From contig CAADSV010000107.1 of NCBI GenBank assembly GCA_900751665.1, forward strand, positions 1 through 40,901: 40,901 nt of DNA, in the 5' to 3' direction. Below are positions 17,565-29,037 of this stretch, one piece after another (position 1 is the stretch's first letter; every line of letters begins with the position of its first letter). The stretch is from an uncultured Collinsella sp. (GTDB lineage: Bacteria; Actinomycetota; Coriobacteriia; Coriobacteriales; Coriobacteriaceae). The notes under the pieces were generated by a model, which ran no database searches, was not told the origin of the DNA, and worked only from the letters and a program-made list of their open reading frames with translations. Position numbers and translations under genes: made by a program.

Positions 17565-19289
17565 GTGGACGAGGAAGCAAGCATCATCCTTGGGGATGCC
17601 ATCGCCTTTTGTCAGCGCGACGGCCAAGATGCACGCCTCATCAATATGCTGGGACAATCGCGCGCCGTGAGTTTAACCGAGGACACACTGACGATTGAGG
17701 CCCCTTCACGCTTTGCCATCGCCCAGCTCAAAAAGCATCAGCCGACCATCGAGGCCTATCTGGAAGATATCGCCTTTGCGCCGATTGCGCTCAATATCGT
17801 GGCACCGCAAGGCACCCCGGCAAATACGGCCCCGGTCACTCACCCGGTAGCGACCGCCACCGCAGCGGCAACGCCGGCGCCCGAGCCTCGACGCGACGAT
17901 GTTTCCCGTGAAACCATGGCACCGCAGCCGACCGCTTCGGTCGCACCGGCGGTAGAGCCAGCCCCCTCGCCCATCCCGACCGCTACGCATATGCCCGTCG
18001 CACACGAGACGACACCCGGCGAGGAATCGGGCATTGCAATCAAAAACACGTTGTCCGCCGACGATTTCCGCCGCATGATGACCCAAATGAATGGCAGGCC
18101 ACCGGCGAAAAGTGCGAGTTCGTCCGCAGCGCCGGCAGCACCTTCGGCGGCGGCCCCGGCGGCAGTCGAGAAAAACGCAGACGGGGCACCCCTCGCGGCG
18201 AATTCGAAATTCACGTTTGAAAACTTCGTCTTCGGACCGGAGAACAGTCTTGCCTACCGATCGGCGCTCAAATTTGCCATGCTTGCAGACACACCCGGTA
18301 CCTGCACGTCGCTGTTCATCTACGGCAAATCGGGCCTGGGCAAGACACATCTGCTGCTCGCCATCAAAAATGAGTTGGCAGAGAAATCGCCCGAGATCAA
18401 GGTGAAGTACGCCAATTCGCAGGCATATCTGGACGACTTGATGACGGAATTCGACCGCCAAAAGAAGAGCAACGCTCCCATCATGCAGGCGTACCACGGC
18501 GTCGACGTGCTTATCATCGATGACATCCAGAACATCATTGGCAAGCGCGCGAGCGTGGATTACTTCTTCCAGTTGATGGACGAATTTATCCGCAACAACA
18601 AGAAAGTCGTGATCGCCGCCGACCGCGCTCCCAAGGACCTTAATATGGACGAGCGCCTGACCAGTCGCTTTAATGCCGGTCTGCTGTGTCTGGTGGCGGA
18701 GCCCAGCTACGAGATGAAGTACAAGATTTTGCAGCGCTATTACGAGAACACGATCGCCGCCGCGCCCGAGGCAGGCAACGACTCGCTGCTGGCGGCCTAC
18801 GGGGGCGACGGCGGACATCTGACCGACGCGCACTTTAAACACATGGCCGAGGTCTCGGGCACCAACATTCGCGAGCTCGAGAGCTTTTGCGAGCGTTGTG
18901 CCGGCGAAGCGGGCGATCGCGAGCGCGAGGGCGGGGAGCTCACCTTTGACGACATCGACGCCATCGCCAACCAGTACTTCGACACATCGGCCAAGAAGAT
19001 CAATGTGCAGACGGTCCAGTCCGTCATCGAGGAGCAATACGGTGTGACGCACGAGGAGCTCATCGGGCCTCGCCGCAACGCCAATATCGCCAAGGCGCGC
19101 CATATCGCTATCTACCTGGCGATCGAGATGTGCGAGATGACGACGACGGCCGTGGGCGCCGAGTTTGGCAATCGCAACCACTCGACCGTCAGCACGAGCT
19201 ACAAAAAGGTTCAGAAGATGATTCAGGAAGACCGGACTGTTACCGAAGACCTCAAGTCGCTGCGCGATAAAATTACACTGCGCTCGTAG
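17565..19289 (+). CDS. dnaA: Chromosomal replication initiator DnaA
   Basis: FTFENFVFG, Walker A GKSGLGKTHLL, Walker B LIIDDIQ, ERLTSRF, NIRELE, domain IV ARHIAIYL..FGNRNHSTV; directly upstream of dnaN. Confidence 0.96.
   Translation: MDEEASIILGDAIAFCQRDGQDARLINMLGQSRAVSLTEDTLTIEAPSRFAIAQLKKHQPTIEAYLEDIAFAPIALNIVAPQGTPANTAPVTHPVATATAAATPAPEPRRDDVSRETMAPQPTASVAPAVEPAPSPIPTATHMPVAHETTPGEESGIAIKNTLSADDFRRMMTQMNGRPPAKSASSSAAPAAPSAAAPAAVEKNADGAPLAANSKFTFENFVFGPENSLAYRSALKFAMLADTPGTCTSLFIYGKSGLGKTHLLLAIKNELAEKSPEIKVKYANSQAYLDDLMTEFDRQKKSNAPIMQAYHGVDVLIIDDIQNIIGKRASVDYFFQLMDEFIRNNKKVVIAADRAPKDLNMDERLTSRFNAGLLCLVAEPSYEMKYKILQRYYENTIAAAPEAGNDSLLAAYGGDGGHLTDAHFKHMAEVSGTNIRELESFCERCAGEAGDREREGGELTFDDIDAIANQYFDTSAKKINVQTVQSVIEEQYGVTHEELIGPRRNANIAKARHIAIYLAIEMCEMTTTAVGAEFGNRNHSTVSTSYKKVQKMIQEDRTVTEDLKSLRDKITLRS
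17900..17915. promoter_or_regulatory. parS-like site TGTTTCCCGTGAAACC inside dnaA
   Basis: 14/16 match to the parS consensus; encodes DVSRET in the DnaA linker. Confidence 0.55.
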
Positions 19290-19527
19290 GTAAATAGACA
19301 CACCTGTTGAAAACTTGTCGAAACGACGGTTATAAGGTGTCGAAAACTTGAGCCGCGGTGATGAAAAGTTTTGCGCAGGTTTTGAACGTGGAAAACATAC
19401 CCGGTTGCACACAGGTTCCTGTCGATTCTCTTTTTAGGGCTGACCTGCACTTTTAGGAGTAATCAACAGTTTCGTCAGTACTATTACTATTATTAAGATA
19501 TTTATATCTATAGAAAGGTATTAAAAG
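19290..19527. other. oriC (dnaA-dnaN intergenic) with DnaA-box-like sites and DnaA-trio unwinding element
   Basis: TGTTGAAAA (19305), TGTCGAAAC (19316), TGTCGAAAA (19338), TAATCAACA (19460), then trios TAC-TAT-TAC-TAT-TAT-TAA (19479-19496) and an AT-rich tract. Confidence 0.85.
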
Positions 19528-20631
19528 ATGAAGTTCACCGTCAGCCAGAGCTCGCTTACGCAAGCCATCGGCGTCGTTATGAAAGGCGTCGCTTCGGCAT
19601 CCACCCTCCCCATTCTGTCGGGCGTGCTCGTTAAGGCACAAGACGGCATCTTGGAATTCCAGACCTCCAACTACACCATCTCGATTCGTCACCGCATTGC
19701 GGCTCATGTCGAAGAGGAGGGCGAGATGGTGATTCCCTGCAAGATGCTCTCAAACATCACCAAGACCCTTCCCGATGCCCCGGTTACCTTTGAGCTGTCC
19801 GAGCGTCAGGTTTTGATTGGCTGCGAGAAGAGCTCTTTCCGCCTCAACACACTCGATGCCAACGACTTTCCCGAGTTCCCGGCATACGCCATCGAGAGCG
19901 CCGTCGAACTGCCGACCGATATCCTGTCCGAAATGGTGAGTCGCGTATGGCGCGTAACCTCGACTGACAAGGCCCGTCCCATCCTGGGTGGCGTGCACAT
20001 GAAGGTCGAGAACAACACCGTGCGCCTGGTCGCGACCGATTCCTTCCGACTGGCCGTGTGCGATACGCAGGTCGAGACCTCGACCCTCGAAGGTTCCTTT
20101 GAGCTCAACGTGCCCGCCGACGCCTTCAACGACGCCCTGAACATCATGGCCAGCCAGGCGACCATCATGATCGGGGCTACCGACACCCAGGTCGTCTTTG
20201 AGGCCGGCAACACCACCTACGTGTCGCGCCGCATCGAGGGCGTGTACCCCAACTACAAGCAGCTCATCCCCGATTCGTGCGTGACGAGCGTCAAGATCGA
20301 CGTCGCCGCCTTTAACGCCGCCCTCAAGCGCGTGGCCGTTATCGCGAGCGCCAACCCCGCCGTCAAGTTCGAGATCGATGTCGAGAACGGGCAGATGGGC
20401 CTGTCCTCCATTTCCAATGACCAGGACCTTGCGCAGGAGACGATCGATGTCGAGGCCGAGGGCGAGTCGGGCACCATCGCCTTCAACTACCACTACATCT
20501 TCGGGTGCCTCAATGCCCTGTCCAAGGAGAAGGAGATCACGCTGGAGCTCAAGAGCTACTCGCAGGCGGGCATCTTCAAGTCCTACGACAAGATCAACTA
20601 CCTGTACCTGGTCATGCCGGTCCGCATCTAG
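19528..20631 (+). CDS. dnaN: DNA polymerase III beta sliding clamp
   Basis: STLPILSGVL, DFPEFP, RPILGGV, LVATDSFRLA, IEGVYPNY, YLVMPVR. Confidence 0.97.
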   Translation: MKFTVSQSSLTQAIGVVMKGVASASTLPILSGVLVKAQDGILEFQTSNYTISIRHRIAAHVEEEGEMVIPCKMLSNITKTLPDAPVTFELSERQVLIGCEKSSFRLNTLDANDFPEFPAYAIESAVELPTDILSEMVSRVWRVTSTDKARPILGGVHMKVENNTVRLVATDSFRLAVCDTQVETSTLEGSFELNVPADAFNDALNIMASQATIMIGATDTQVVFEAGNTTYVSRRIEGVYPNYKQLIPDSCVTSVKIDVAAFNAALKRVAVIASANPAVKFEIDVENGQMGLSSISNDQDLAQETIDVEAEGESGTIAFNYHYIFGCLNALSKEKEITLELKSYSQAGIFKSYDKINYLYLVMPVRI

Positions 20632-20641
20632 CAACTGCCCT

Positions 20642-21748
20642 ATGACCATGTTCGCCCGCGATCTTTCCGTCGCGCACTACCGCAGCTTCGAGAGCTATCG
20701 CCTTGCCCTGGACGAGGGCGTGACGATACTTGCGGGACCCAACGCGGCGGGAAAGACCAATCTCATAGAGGCGCTGCAGCTGCTGACGAGCGGCGCTTCG
20801 TTTAGGCATCCGACCGCCGCCGAGCTCGTCCATGACGGCGTGGGCTCGTGCAGGGTCGAGCTGAGGCTCGAGGGCGATGGCCGCGTGCTTGATATGGGAT
20901 TGAGCGCGGAGGACGGTAAGCGCTCGTTTAGCCGCAACGGCAAGAGATGCTCTGCCGCCGGTGTGCGCGGGGTCCTGCCGAGCGTGCTGTTTTGCCCCGA
21001 CCATCTGGACATGGTTAAGCGAGGCGCCAGCGTGCGCCGCGCCGCCCTCGATGACTTTGGCATGCAACTGAGCGCACGCTATGCCGATCTTGCGAGCACC
21101 TATGGTCGCTGCGTGACCCAGCGTAACGCCTTGCTCAAGGAGGCCTGGTGCTGCCGCGAGATGCTCGGCGCGTGGAACGATTCGATTGCCCGCGCGGGCG
21201 CGGCTCTGCTCGTGCACCGGTTGGCCCTGCTCGACCGGCTGGCGGTCCATGTGCGTACTGCCTACGGGCAAGTGGCGTCCGGTGAAGCCGCCAACGTGTC
21301 CTATGCGTCCACGCTGGGGGATTTGCCCCAGGTCGATGATCGCGAAGAGCTGAAGGGCTGGGCGTACGAGCGCATGCTGGCTGCCCTTGATGAGCACGCC
21401 GACGAGGAAATTCGCCGCGGCGTGACGTTGGTGGGACCGCATCGCGACGAGATTGAGTTTGCTGTGGCGGGTCGCTCCGCCCGTTCATTTGCCAGCCAAG
21501 GTCAGCAGCGAACGTTGGTTCTGGCCTGGAAGGTGGCGGAGGTGGCCGTGGCTCGCGATGTCCTGGGCACCGCCCCATTGCTGCTTTTGGACGACGTGAT
21601 GAGCGAACTCGACGGCGAACGCCGCGGTGCTTTCCTGCGGCTGATCGGCGATGATATCCAGACGGTCATAACCACGACCAACCTGGGGTACTTTACCGAT
21701 GATCTGCTTGATCGAGCCAAGGTGGTGAGCATGGGTGAGACGTGCTAA
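20642..21748 (+). CDS. recF: DNA replication/repair protein RecF
   Basis: GPNAAGKTNLIEA, GASFR, TLVGPHRDE, ASQGQQRT, LLLDDVMSELD; start ATG 20642 or 20648, not 20378. Confidence 0.95.
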   Translation: MTMFARDLSVAHYRSFESYRLALDEGVTILAGPNAAGKTNLIEALQLLTSGASFRHPTAAELVHDGVGSCRVELRLEGDGRVLDMGLSAEDGKRSFSRNGKRCSAAGVRGVLPSVLFCPDHLDMVKRGASVRRAALDDFGMQLSARYADLASTYGRCVTQRNALLKEAWCCREMLGAWNDSIARAGAALLVHRLALLDRLAVHVRTAYGQVASGEAANVSYASTLGDLPQVDDREELKGWAYERMLAALDEHADEEIRRGVTLVGPHRDEIEFAVAGRSARSFASQGQQRTLVLAWKVAEVAVARDVLGTAPLLLLDDVMSELDGERRGAFLRLIGDDIQTVITTTNLGYFTDDLLDRAKVVSMGETC

Positions 21749-22298
21749 TTACGAGCGCGAGAGCGAAACGGTCGCCTTCAGTGGGTTTTTGAACGCAGAG
21801 CGCCAGCGCATCCTGGCGGCCGCGACACCTGAGCGCCGCGCGCAGATGGAGGCTGCAGAGGAATCTCGTGTGGTCTATCGCGCGTGGAACGCGGTGTGCT
21901 CGGGCACGCGCGAGGGGCGGCATGTGACGGGTCTGCGCTACCTGCCCGAGTCCAATGAGCTGCTGGTGTATCTCGACTCGCCCTCGTGGACGCAGGAAAT
22001 GACGCTGTTGCGCGAGATCATCCGCGCGCGTATGGAGCGCGCCGGTGCGCATGTGGACGGCCTGGTGTTCAAAACCACCGCGCCCGGTCACACGCCACCC
22101 GCCGCCAAGGAGCGCCTGCGCCCGGCGACGACCGAGCGCCCGCCGGCCCCGCACGCCGACCTAAGTGAGGCCGAGCGCACCGAGATCGAGCGCCAAGTGG
22201 CACCCATCGAGGACCAAAAACTGCGCGAGGCCCTCGAGAACGCCATGAGAGCCAGTGCCGAGTGGGCCAAGGGCGTGCAAAGCAAAAAAGAGCCTTAA
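21735..22298 (+). CDS. DciA/DUF721-family protein (putative helicase loader)
   Basis: Canonical recF-X-gyrB position; AWNAV..ELLVYLDSPSWTQEMTLLREIIRAR matches the DUF721 pattern. Confidence 0.75.
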   Translation: MRRANYERESETVAFSGFLNAERQRILAAATPERRAQMEAAEESRVVYRAWNAVCSGTREGRHVTGLRYLPESNELLVYLDSPSWTQEMTLLREIIRARMERAGAHVDGLVFKTTAPGHTPPAAKERLRPATTERPPAPHADLSEAERTEIERQVAPIEDQKLREALENAMRASAEWAKGVQSKKEP

Positions 22299-22324
22299 AT
22301 CGCATCTGGTGGCCTTGTAGAGCC

Positions 22325-22354
22325 AAATACCCTCGTTCCCGAGGGTATTTTTTT
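22325..22354 (+). terminator. Intrinsic terminator before gyrB
   Basis: AAATACCCTCG-TTCC-CGAGGGTATTT followed by a T run. Confidence 0.65.
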
Positions 22355-22361
22355 ACGATAA

Positions 22362-24434
<2,073 letters not shown>

Positions 24435-24440
24435 TCCCTG

Positions 24441-24541
24441 CGGCTTTCCCAGCCACCGCACCTTCGCCCTCAATCGTCGGTCGCGTACCCAAGTACGCTT
24501 CCCTCCTCTTTCGGGCGAATCTGCGGCACCTGGAAAAGCCG
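24441..24541. repeat. Intergenic long imperfect inverted repeat (REP/MITE-like)
   Basis: 29-nt arms 24441-24469 and 24513-24541 (23/29 complementary) around an inner hairpin GCGTAC-CCAA-GTACGC. Confidence 0.65.
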
Positions 24542-24589
24542 TCTCCGTGGTGGGGAACTAATGGACCACGCAAACCATGAGGAGGTAAC

Positions 24590-27331
24590 GTGGCAGACGA
24601 TATCAACAACAACGAGGGTATGGACGAGGCCGGCGATGCCGGCATGCCCGACGATCTGAAGCTCCTGCTTGCCCGCGCTGAGCAGGGTGAGGACGGCGAT
24701 CCGGATGCCTATAACCCCGATGCCGATGATGATGAGGAAGAGGATGACGACGCCGAGCTCGAGGAGAGCTTTGGCGAAGTCGACCGTGGTGCCTCGGCCG
24801 GAGAGGATATCAACGGTGGCCAGCTCCAGATTTCGGAGTTTGGCCGCGAGATGAAGCAGTCGTTCATCGAGTACTCGATGTCGGTCATCACGGCGCGCGC
24901 CCTGCCGGACGTGCGCGATGGCTTAAAGCCGGTGCACCGTCGCATCCTGTACGCAATGAACGAGAGCGGCATCTACCCCAACCGTCCGCACAAAAAGTCG
25001 GCCTGGACGGTCGGCGAAGTTATCGGTAAGTACCATCCGCACGGCGACTCCGCGGTCTATGAGGCCATGGTCCGCCTGGCGCAGTGGTTCTCCATGCGTA
25101 CGCCGCTCATTGACGGTCACGGCAACTTCGGCAATATCGACGGCGACGGCGCCGCCGCCATGCGTTACACCGAGAGCCGCCTGGCAAAGCCTGCCATGGA
25201 GCTGCTGCGTGACCTGCAGAAGGATACCGTCGACTGGCAGCCCAACTACGACGAGTCGCTCGCCGAGCCCGTGGCACTGCCCGCGCGCTTCCCCAACCTG
25301 CTGGTCAACGGCAGCCAGGGCATCGCCGTCGGCATGGCCACCAACATCGCCCCGCACAACCTCACCGAGGCAATCGAGGCCACGTGCTACCTGATTGACA
25401 ACCCCGACGCCACCGTCGACGAGCTCATGCAGATCATGCCCGGTCCGGACTTCCCCACCGGTGCCATCATCATGGGCAGTGCCGGCATTAAGCAGAGCTA
25501 CGAGACCGGCCGCGGCTCCATCACCGTGCGCGCCAAGGCTCATGTGGAGTCCACCAAGACCGGCCGCAGCCGCCTGGTCTTTACCGAGATTCCCTACATG
25601 GTCAACAAGGGTACCCTGCAGGAGAAGATCGCCCAGCTCGTCAACGACAAGCGCATCGAGGGCATCTCGGACATGCGCGATGAGTCCAACCAGAAGGGCA
25701 TCCGCCTGGTCATCGAACTCAAGAAGGGCGTCATCCCGCAGGTCGTGCTCAACAACCTGTACAAGTACACCTCGCTGCAGACGACCTTTGGTGCCAACAA
25801 CCTGGCGCTTGTCAACGGCGTTCCCAAATGCCTGAGCCTGCGCGAGATGCTGCAGCACTACATCGACCACCAGGTCGACGTCGTCACCCGCCGCACCCGC
25901 TTTGACCTCAAGAAGGCCCAGACGCGTGCCCATATCCTCGAGGGCTACCTGATGGCTCTCGACCATATCGACGAGGTCATCAGCATCATCCGCTCCTCGC
26001 AGACCGATTCCGAGGCCAGCAGCCGCCTGATCGAGCGCTTTGGCTTTACGCCCGAGCAGACTACGGCCATCCTCGAGATGAAGCTGCGCCGCCTGACCGG
26101 CCTGGAGCGCGACAAGATTCAGGAAGAGCTGGACGGCTTGCGTCGCGCCATCGCCTACTACGAGGACCTGTTGGCGCACGAGGAGAAAATCCTGGGCGTC
26201 ATCAAGGAGGAGATGCGCGAGATTTCCAAGAAGTTCGGCGACAAGCGCCGCACCGAGATCAGCCATGTCGAGAAGGATCTGGACGTCGAAGATCTGATTG
26301 CCGACGAGGACATGGTCGTGACCATCACCCACACCGGCTACGTCAAGCGCATCCCGGTGGCTGCCTATCGCGCCCAAAAGCGCGGCGGCAAGGGCGTGTC
26401 GGGCGTCAATCTCAAAGAGGACGACGTTATCGACGAGATGTTTATCGCATCCACGCACGAGTACGTGCTGTTCTTCTCGAGCAAGGGTAAAGTCTATCGC
26501 CTGAAGGTGCACGAGCTGCCGGTTGGCACGCGCCAGGCGCGCGGCACCGCAATCGTCAACCTGCTGCCCTTCGAGGAGGGCGAGAAGATCGCGAGCGTCA
26601 TCAGCTGTCGCGAGTTCCCCGCCGACGAGTACCTGATGTTTGCCACCAAGAGCGGCATGGTCAAGAAGACCGTGATGAGCGCCTACGACCGTAGCCGCCG
26701 CGACGGCCTGATCGCCATCAACCTGAGGGACGACGACGCGCTGCTCGCTGTACGTCGCGTGCGCGAGGGTGACAAGATCATTATGGCAACCACCGCGGGC
26801 AAGGCGATTATGTTCCCCGAGGACCAGGTGCGCGCCACCGGTCGCGATACCAGCGGCGTCCGTGGCATTAGCATGAAGGAAGGCGTGAGCGTTCTTGGTA
26901 TGGAGATTACCAACGGTAACGGCGACCTGTTCGTCATTACCGAGCGCGGCTACGGCAAACGCACGCCGGTCTCGGATTACCCGGAGCAGAACCGCGGCGG
27001 CCAGGGCGTCTACACCATCCAGATGACCGAGCGCAAGGGTAACCTCGCAGCCATGAAGACGGTGGGCCCGCAGCATGAGCTGTTCATCGTGACGGAGGGC
27101 GCGACGGTCATTCGCGTCAAGACCGACGAGATCAGCCAAACCGGTCGCGCCACTCAGGGCGTCAAGATGATGACTGTCGACGATAACGACCGCATCTGCG
27201 CCGTAGCGCGCATGACGGCCGCTAAAGAGGAGCCCGAAGGCGAGGATGCCGAGGCCGCAGCCGACGCCGAAGAGGCCCCAGTCGACCTAGGCGACGGCAA
27301 CGACATGCCAGAAGATCTCCTCGACGAGTAA
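24590..27331 (+). CDS. gyrA: DNA gyrase subunit A
   Basis: [33 protein letters not shown] (catalytic Tyr), GyrA-box QKRGGKG; GAGGAGG RBS. Confidence 0.97.
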   Translation: MADDINNNEGMDEAGDAGMPDDLKLLLARAEQGEDGDPDAYNPDADDDEEEDDDAELEESFGEVDRGASAGEDINGGQLQISEFGREMKQSFIEYSMSVITARALPDVRDGLKPVHRRILYAMNESGIYPNRPHKKSAWTVGEVIGKYHPHGDSAVYEAMVRLAQWFSMRTPLIDGHGNFGNIDGDGAAAMRYTESRLAKPAMELLRDLQKDTVDWQPNYDESLAEPVALPARFPNLLVNGSQGIAVGMATNIAPHNLTEAIEATCYLIDNPDATVDELMQIMPGPDFPTGAIIMGSAGIKQSYETGRGSITVRAKAHVESTKTGRSRLVFTEIPYMVNKGTLQEKIAQLVNDKRIEGISDMRDESNQKGIRLVIELKKGVIPQVVLNNLYKYTSLQTTFGANNLALVNGVPKCLSLREMLQHYIDHQVDVVTRRTRFDLKKAQTRAHILEGYLMALDHIDEVISIIRSSQTDSEASSRLIERFGFTPEQTTAILEMKLRRLTGLERDKIQEELDGLRRAIAYYEDLLAHEEKILGVIKEEMREISKKFGDKRRTEISHVEKDLDVEDLIADEDMVVTITHTGYVKRIPVAAYRAQKRGGKGVSGVNLKEDDVIDEMFIASTHEYVLFFSSKGKVYRLKVHELPVGTRQARGTAIVNLLPFEEGEKIASVISCREFPADEYLMFATKSGMVKKTVMSAYDRSRRDGLIAINLRDDDALLAVRRVREGDKIIMATTAGKAIMFPEDQVRATGRDTSGVRGISMKEGVSVLGMEITNGNGDLFVITERGYGKRTPVSDYPEQNRGGQGVYTIQMTERKGNLAAMKTVGPQHELFIVTEGATVIRVKTDEISQTGRATQGVKMMTVDDNDRICAVARMTAAKEEPEGEDAEAAADAEEAPVDLGDGNDMPEDLLDE

Positions 27332-27371
27332 GAGGAACTAGCTGGTAGGAAATATCAGACCCCATATATCG

Positions 27372-27404
27372 GCGGTCGGCGCACTGCGCGCCGACCGCTT
27401 TTTT
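27372..27404 (+). terminator. Intrinsic terminator after gyrA
   Basis: GCGGTCGGCGC/GCGCCGACCGC stem followed by TTTTTT. Confidence 0.8.
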
Positions 27405-27421
27405 GACAACCTTGGGACTCG

Positions 27422-27561
27422 CGTTCGCCCCGGCCGCACGGCGGCATGTGAAGTCGATCGCGAGTTCCGCACGAGCCAGAGAGCACTTAATGTGCTCTCT
27501 GCGCGAGCCAGGACTGTCCGAGCAGGCGACTTCACATGCCGCCGTGCGGCCGGGGTGAACG
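27422..27561. repeat. 140-bp fold-back element with 35-bp terminal inverted repeats (MITE/REPIN-like)
   Basis: Arms 27422-27456 and 27527-27561 are 34/35 complementary; inner hairpin CAGAGAGCAC-TTAAT-GTGCTCTCTG. Confidence 0.75.
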
Positions 27562-27587
27562 ACCCTCAAAGTTTTTCAAAAAAGTTG

Positions 27588-27617
27588 TTGACGCGCGCGT
27601 AACGACTCGTCTAATAT
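27588..27617 (+). promoter_or_regulatory. Promoter of the tRNA cluster
   Basis: TTGACG-18 nt-TAATAT with an upstream A/T tract (UP-element-like). Confidence 0.65.
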
Positions 27618-27631
27618 ATCCCTTGCGCGAT

Positions 27632-27708
27632 GGACCTGTAGCTCAGTTGGTTAGAGCGTCCGGCTGATAACCGGGAGGTCACAAGTTCGAATCTTGTCAG
27701 GTCCACCA
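27632..27708 (+). tRNA. tRNA-Ile(GAT)
   Basis: Cloverleaf GGACCTG../..CAGGTCC-ACCA, anticodon loop CT-GAT-AA, TTCGAAT T-loop. Confidence 0.97.
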
Positions 27709-27775
27709 CTTTCTTTCGCAATAAACACCCCAGCGAGAGCCGAGTCGCCGCTGGGGTGTTTATTACTTTCTCCGT

Positions 27776-27851
27776 GGGGGTTTAGCTCAGCTGGGAGAGC
27801 GCGGGCTTTGCAAGCCTGAGGTCAGGGGTTCGATCCCCCTAACCTCCACCA
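27776..27851 (+). tRNA. tRNA-Ala(TGC)
   Basis: GGGGGTT/AACCTCC acceptor with G3:U70 pair, anticodon loop TT-TGC-AA, encoded CCA. Confidence 0.97.
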
Positions 27852-27855
27852 TGAT

Positions 27856-27932
27856 GGACCTGTAGCTCAGTTGGTTAGAGCGTCCGGCTGATAACCGGGA
27901 GGTCACAAGTTCGAATCTTGTCAGGTCCACCA
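27856..27932 (+). tRNA. tRNA-Ile(GAT), second identical copy
   Basis: Same sequence as 27632-27708. Confidence 0.97.
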
Positions 27933-27942
27933 TCAAAACGTG

Positions 27943-27975
27943 AAGAGCCCTGGGGTATTGCCTCGGGGCTTTTTT
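27943..27975 (+). terminator. Terminator of the tRNA cluster
   Basis: AAGAGCCCTGGGG-TATTG-CCTCGGGGCTTTTTT. Confidence 0.75.
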
Positions 27976-28116
27976 CTTATCCAACAAAAGTAGTCAAAAT
28001 AGCCCCGTTCCAAATTAACTGCTCTGATTTTGTGTGCTGGGCGAAAGATTGGGTAGTATAGCTATTCAATGCGGCGACCCTGCCGTGTGTTAACCGCTAC
28101 GTACCGGAGGTGTTCC

Positions 28117-28617
28117 ATGGTTCGTGTCGACATAGAGACCATCGTCATGGCCGCCGGTCCCGTGCCATCGCTTATCGTGCTTCGCGAGCGCTGCGGCAAG
28201 TCGGATTCGACGGCACCTCTGCGTTCGCTTTCCATTCAGACCGGCTCGTTTGAGGCTGCGGCAATCAGCCGCGGCATCGACAGCGGCCGCGCCGATCGCC
28301 CGATCACGCACGACCTGCTGCTCGACACCGTCGACGCCCTAGGTGCCAAGCTCGAGCGCGTCGAAATCGTCCGCGCCGAGCCGCCCGTGTTTTACGCGAC
28401 GGTTGTCGTGTTGGCCGATGGCAACGAGCATAGGATCGATGCACGTCCGAGTGACGCCATCGCCCTCGCCGTACGCAGCAATGCCCCCATGTTCGTTGAA
28501 GACGACATCATGAATCGCTTGGGCACCGTCTCACCGCACGCCGAGGAAGTCGACGACGAGCAAGAGTTCGAAAAGTTCGATGAGTTCGTCCACACGCTCT
28601 CGCCCGATGATTTTTAA
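28117..28617 (+). CDS. Bifunctional nuclease family protein (DUF151/BFN)
   Basis: GSFEAAAI, RPITHDLL, VFYATV, IDARPSDAIALAVR..PMFV, FDEFVHTLSPDDF; ATG after GGAGG. Confidence 0.9.
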   Translation: MVRVDIETIVMAAGPVPSLIVLRERCGKSDSTAPLRSLSIQTGSFEAAAISRGIDSGRADRPITHDLLLDTVDALGAKLERVEIVRAEPPVFYATVVVLADGNEHRIDARPSDAIALAVRSNAPMFVEDDIMNRLGTVSPHAEEVDDEQEFEKFDEFVHTLSPDDF

Positions 28618-29007
28618 ATGCCCGGCAAACACGCGACGGAGTGCGCGCTCATGAGCGCCGGAGTTTCTGCCGAGGCGGCTGCGATCGCCCGCGAGGCCCA
28701 GATGCGCTCGGAGGCTTCTGAGGCGGCACGCATTGCCTATGTGACGCAGGCCCGCACGCTTCGTGAACGCCGCGGCTCGTTTATCAAGATGGTTGTCATC
28801 TCCGCCCTTGTCGCGGCAATCTGCTCGCGCCTTCGTGGTACAGTTGGTGCGCTTGGGTTTTCGATCTCTACGGGCCTGGTGATTTGGGGCGTGGTCGATG
28901 CGGTCATGCTGACCAGCCAGATCAAGGTGCTCGACAAGCGCGCGGCGGACATGATGCGCGCCCGCGATGCCGCCGCTAAGATCGCCGCCGAGGCGCAAGA
29001 ACTGTAA
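28618..29007 (+). CDS. Hypothetical two-helix membrane protein
   Basis: ATG abuts the previous stop; two hydrophobic segments; start may be 28651. Confidence 0.65.
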   Translation: MPGKHATECALMSAGVSAEAAAIAREAQMRSEASEAARIAYVTQARTLRERRGSFIKMVVISALVAAICSRLRGTVGALGFSISTGLVIWGVVDAVMLTSQIKVLDKRAADMMRARDAAAKIAAEAQEL

Positions 29008-29037
29008 CGACGCCAGACTCGATGGGAAGGTCTAAAG

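Noticed and set aside
25030..25080. Possible quinolone-resistance change in GyrA
   Set aside because: The QRDR reads HGDSAVYE, keeping the Ser and the acidic residue of the susceptible type.
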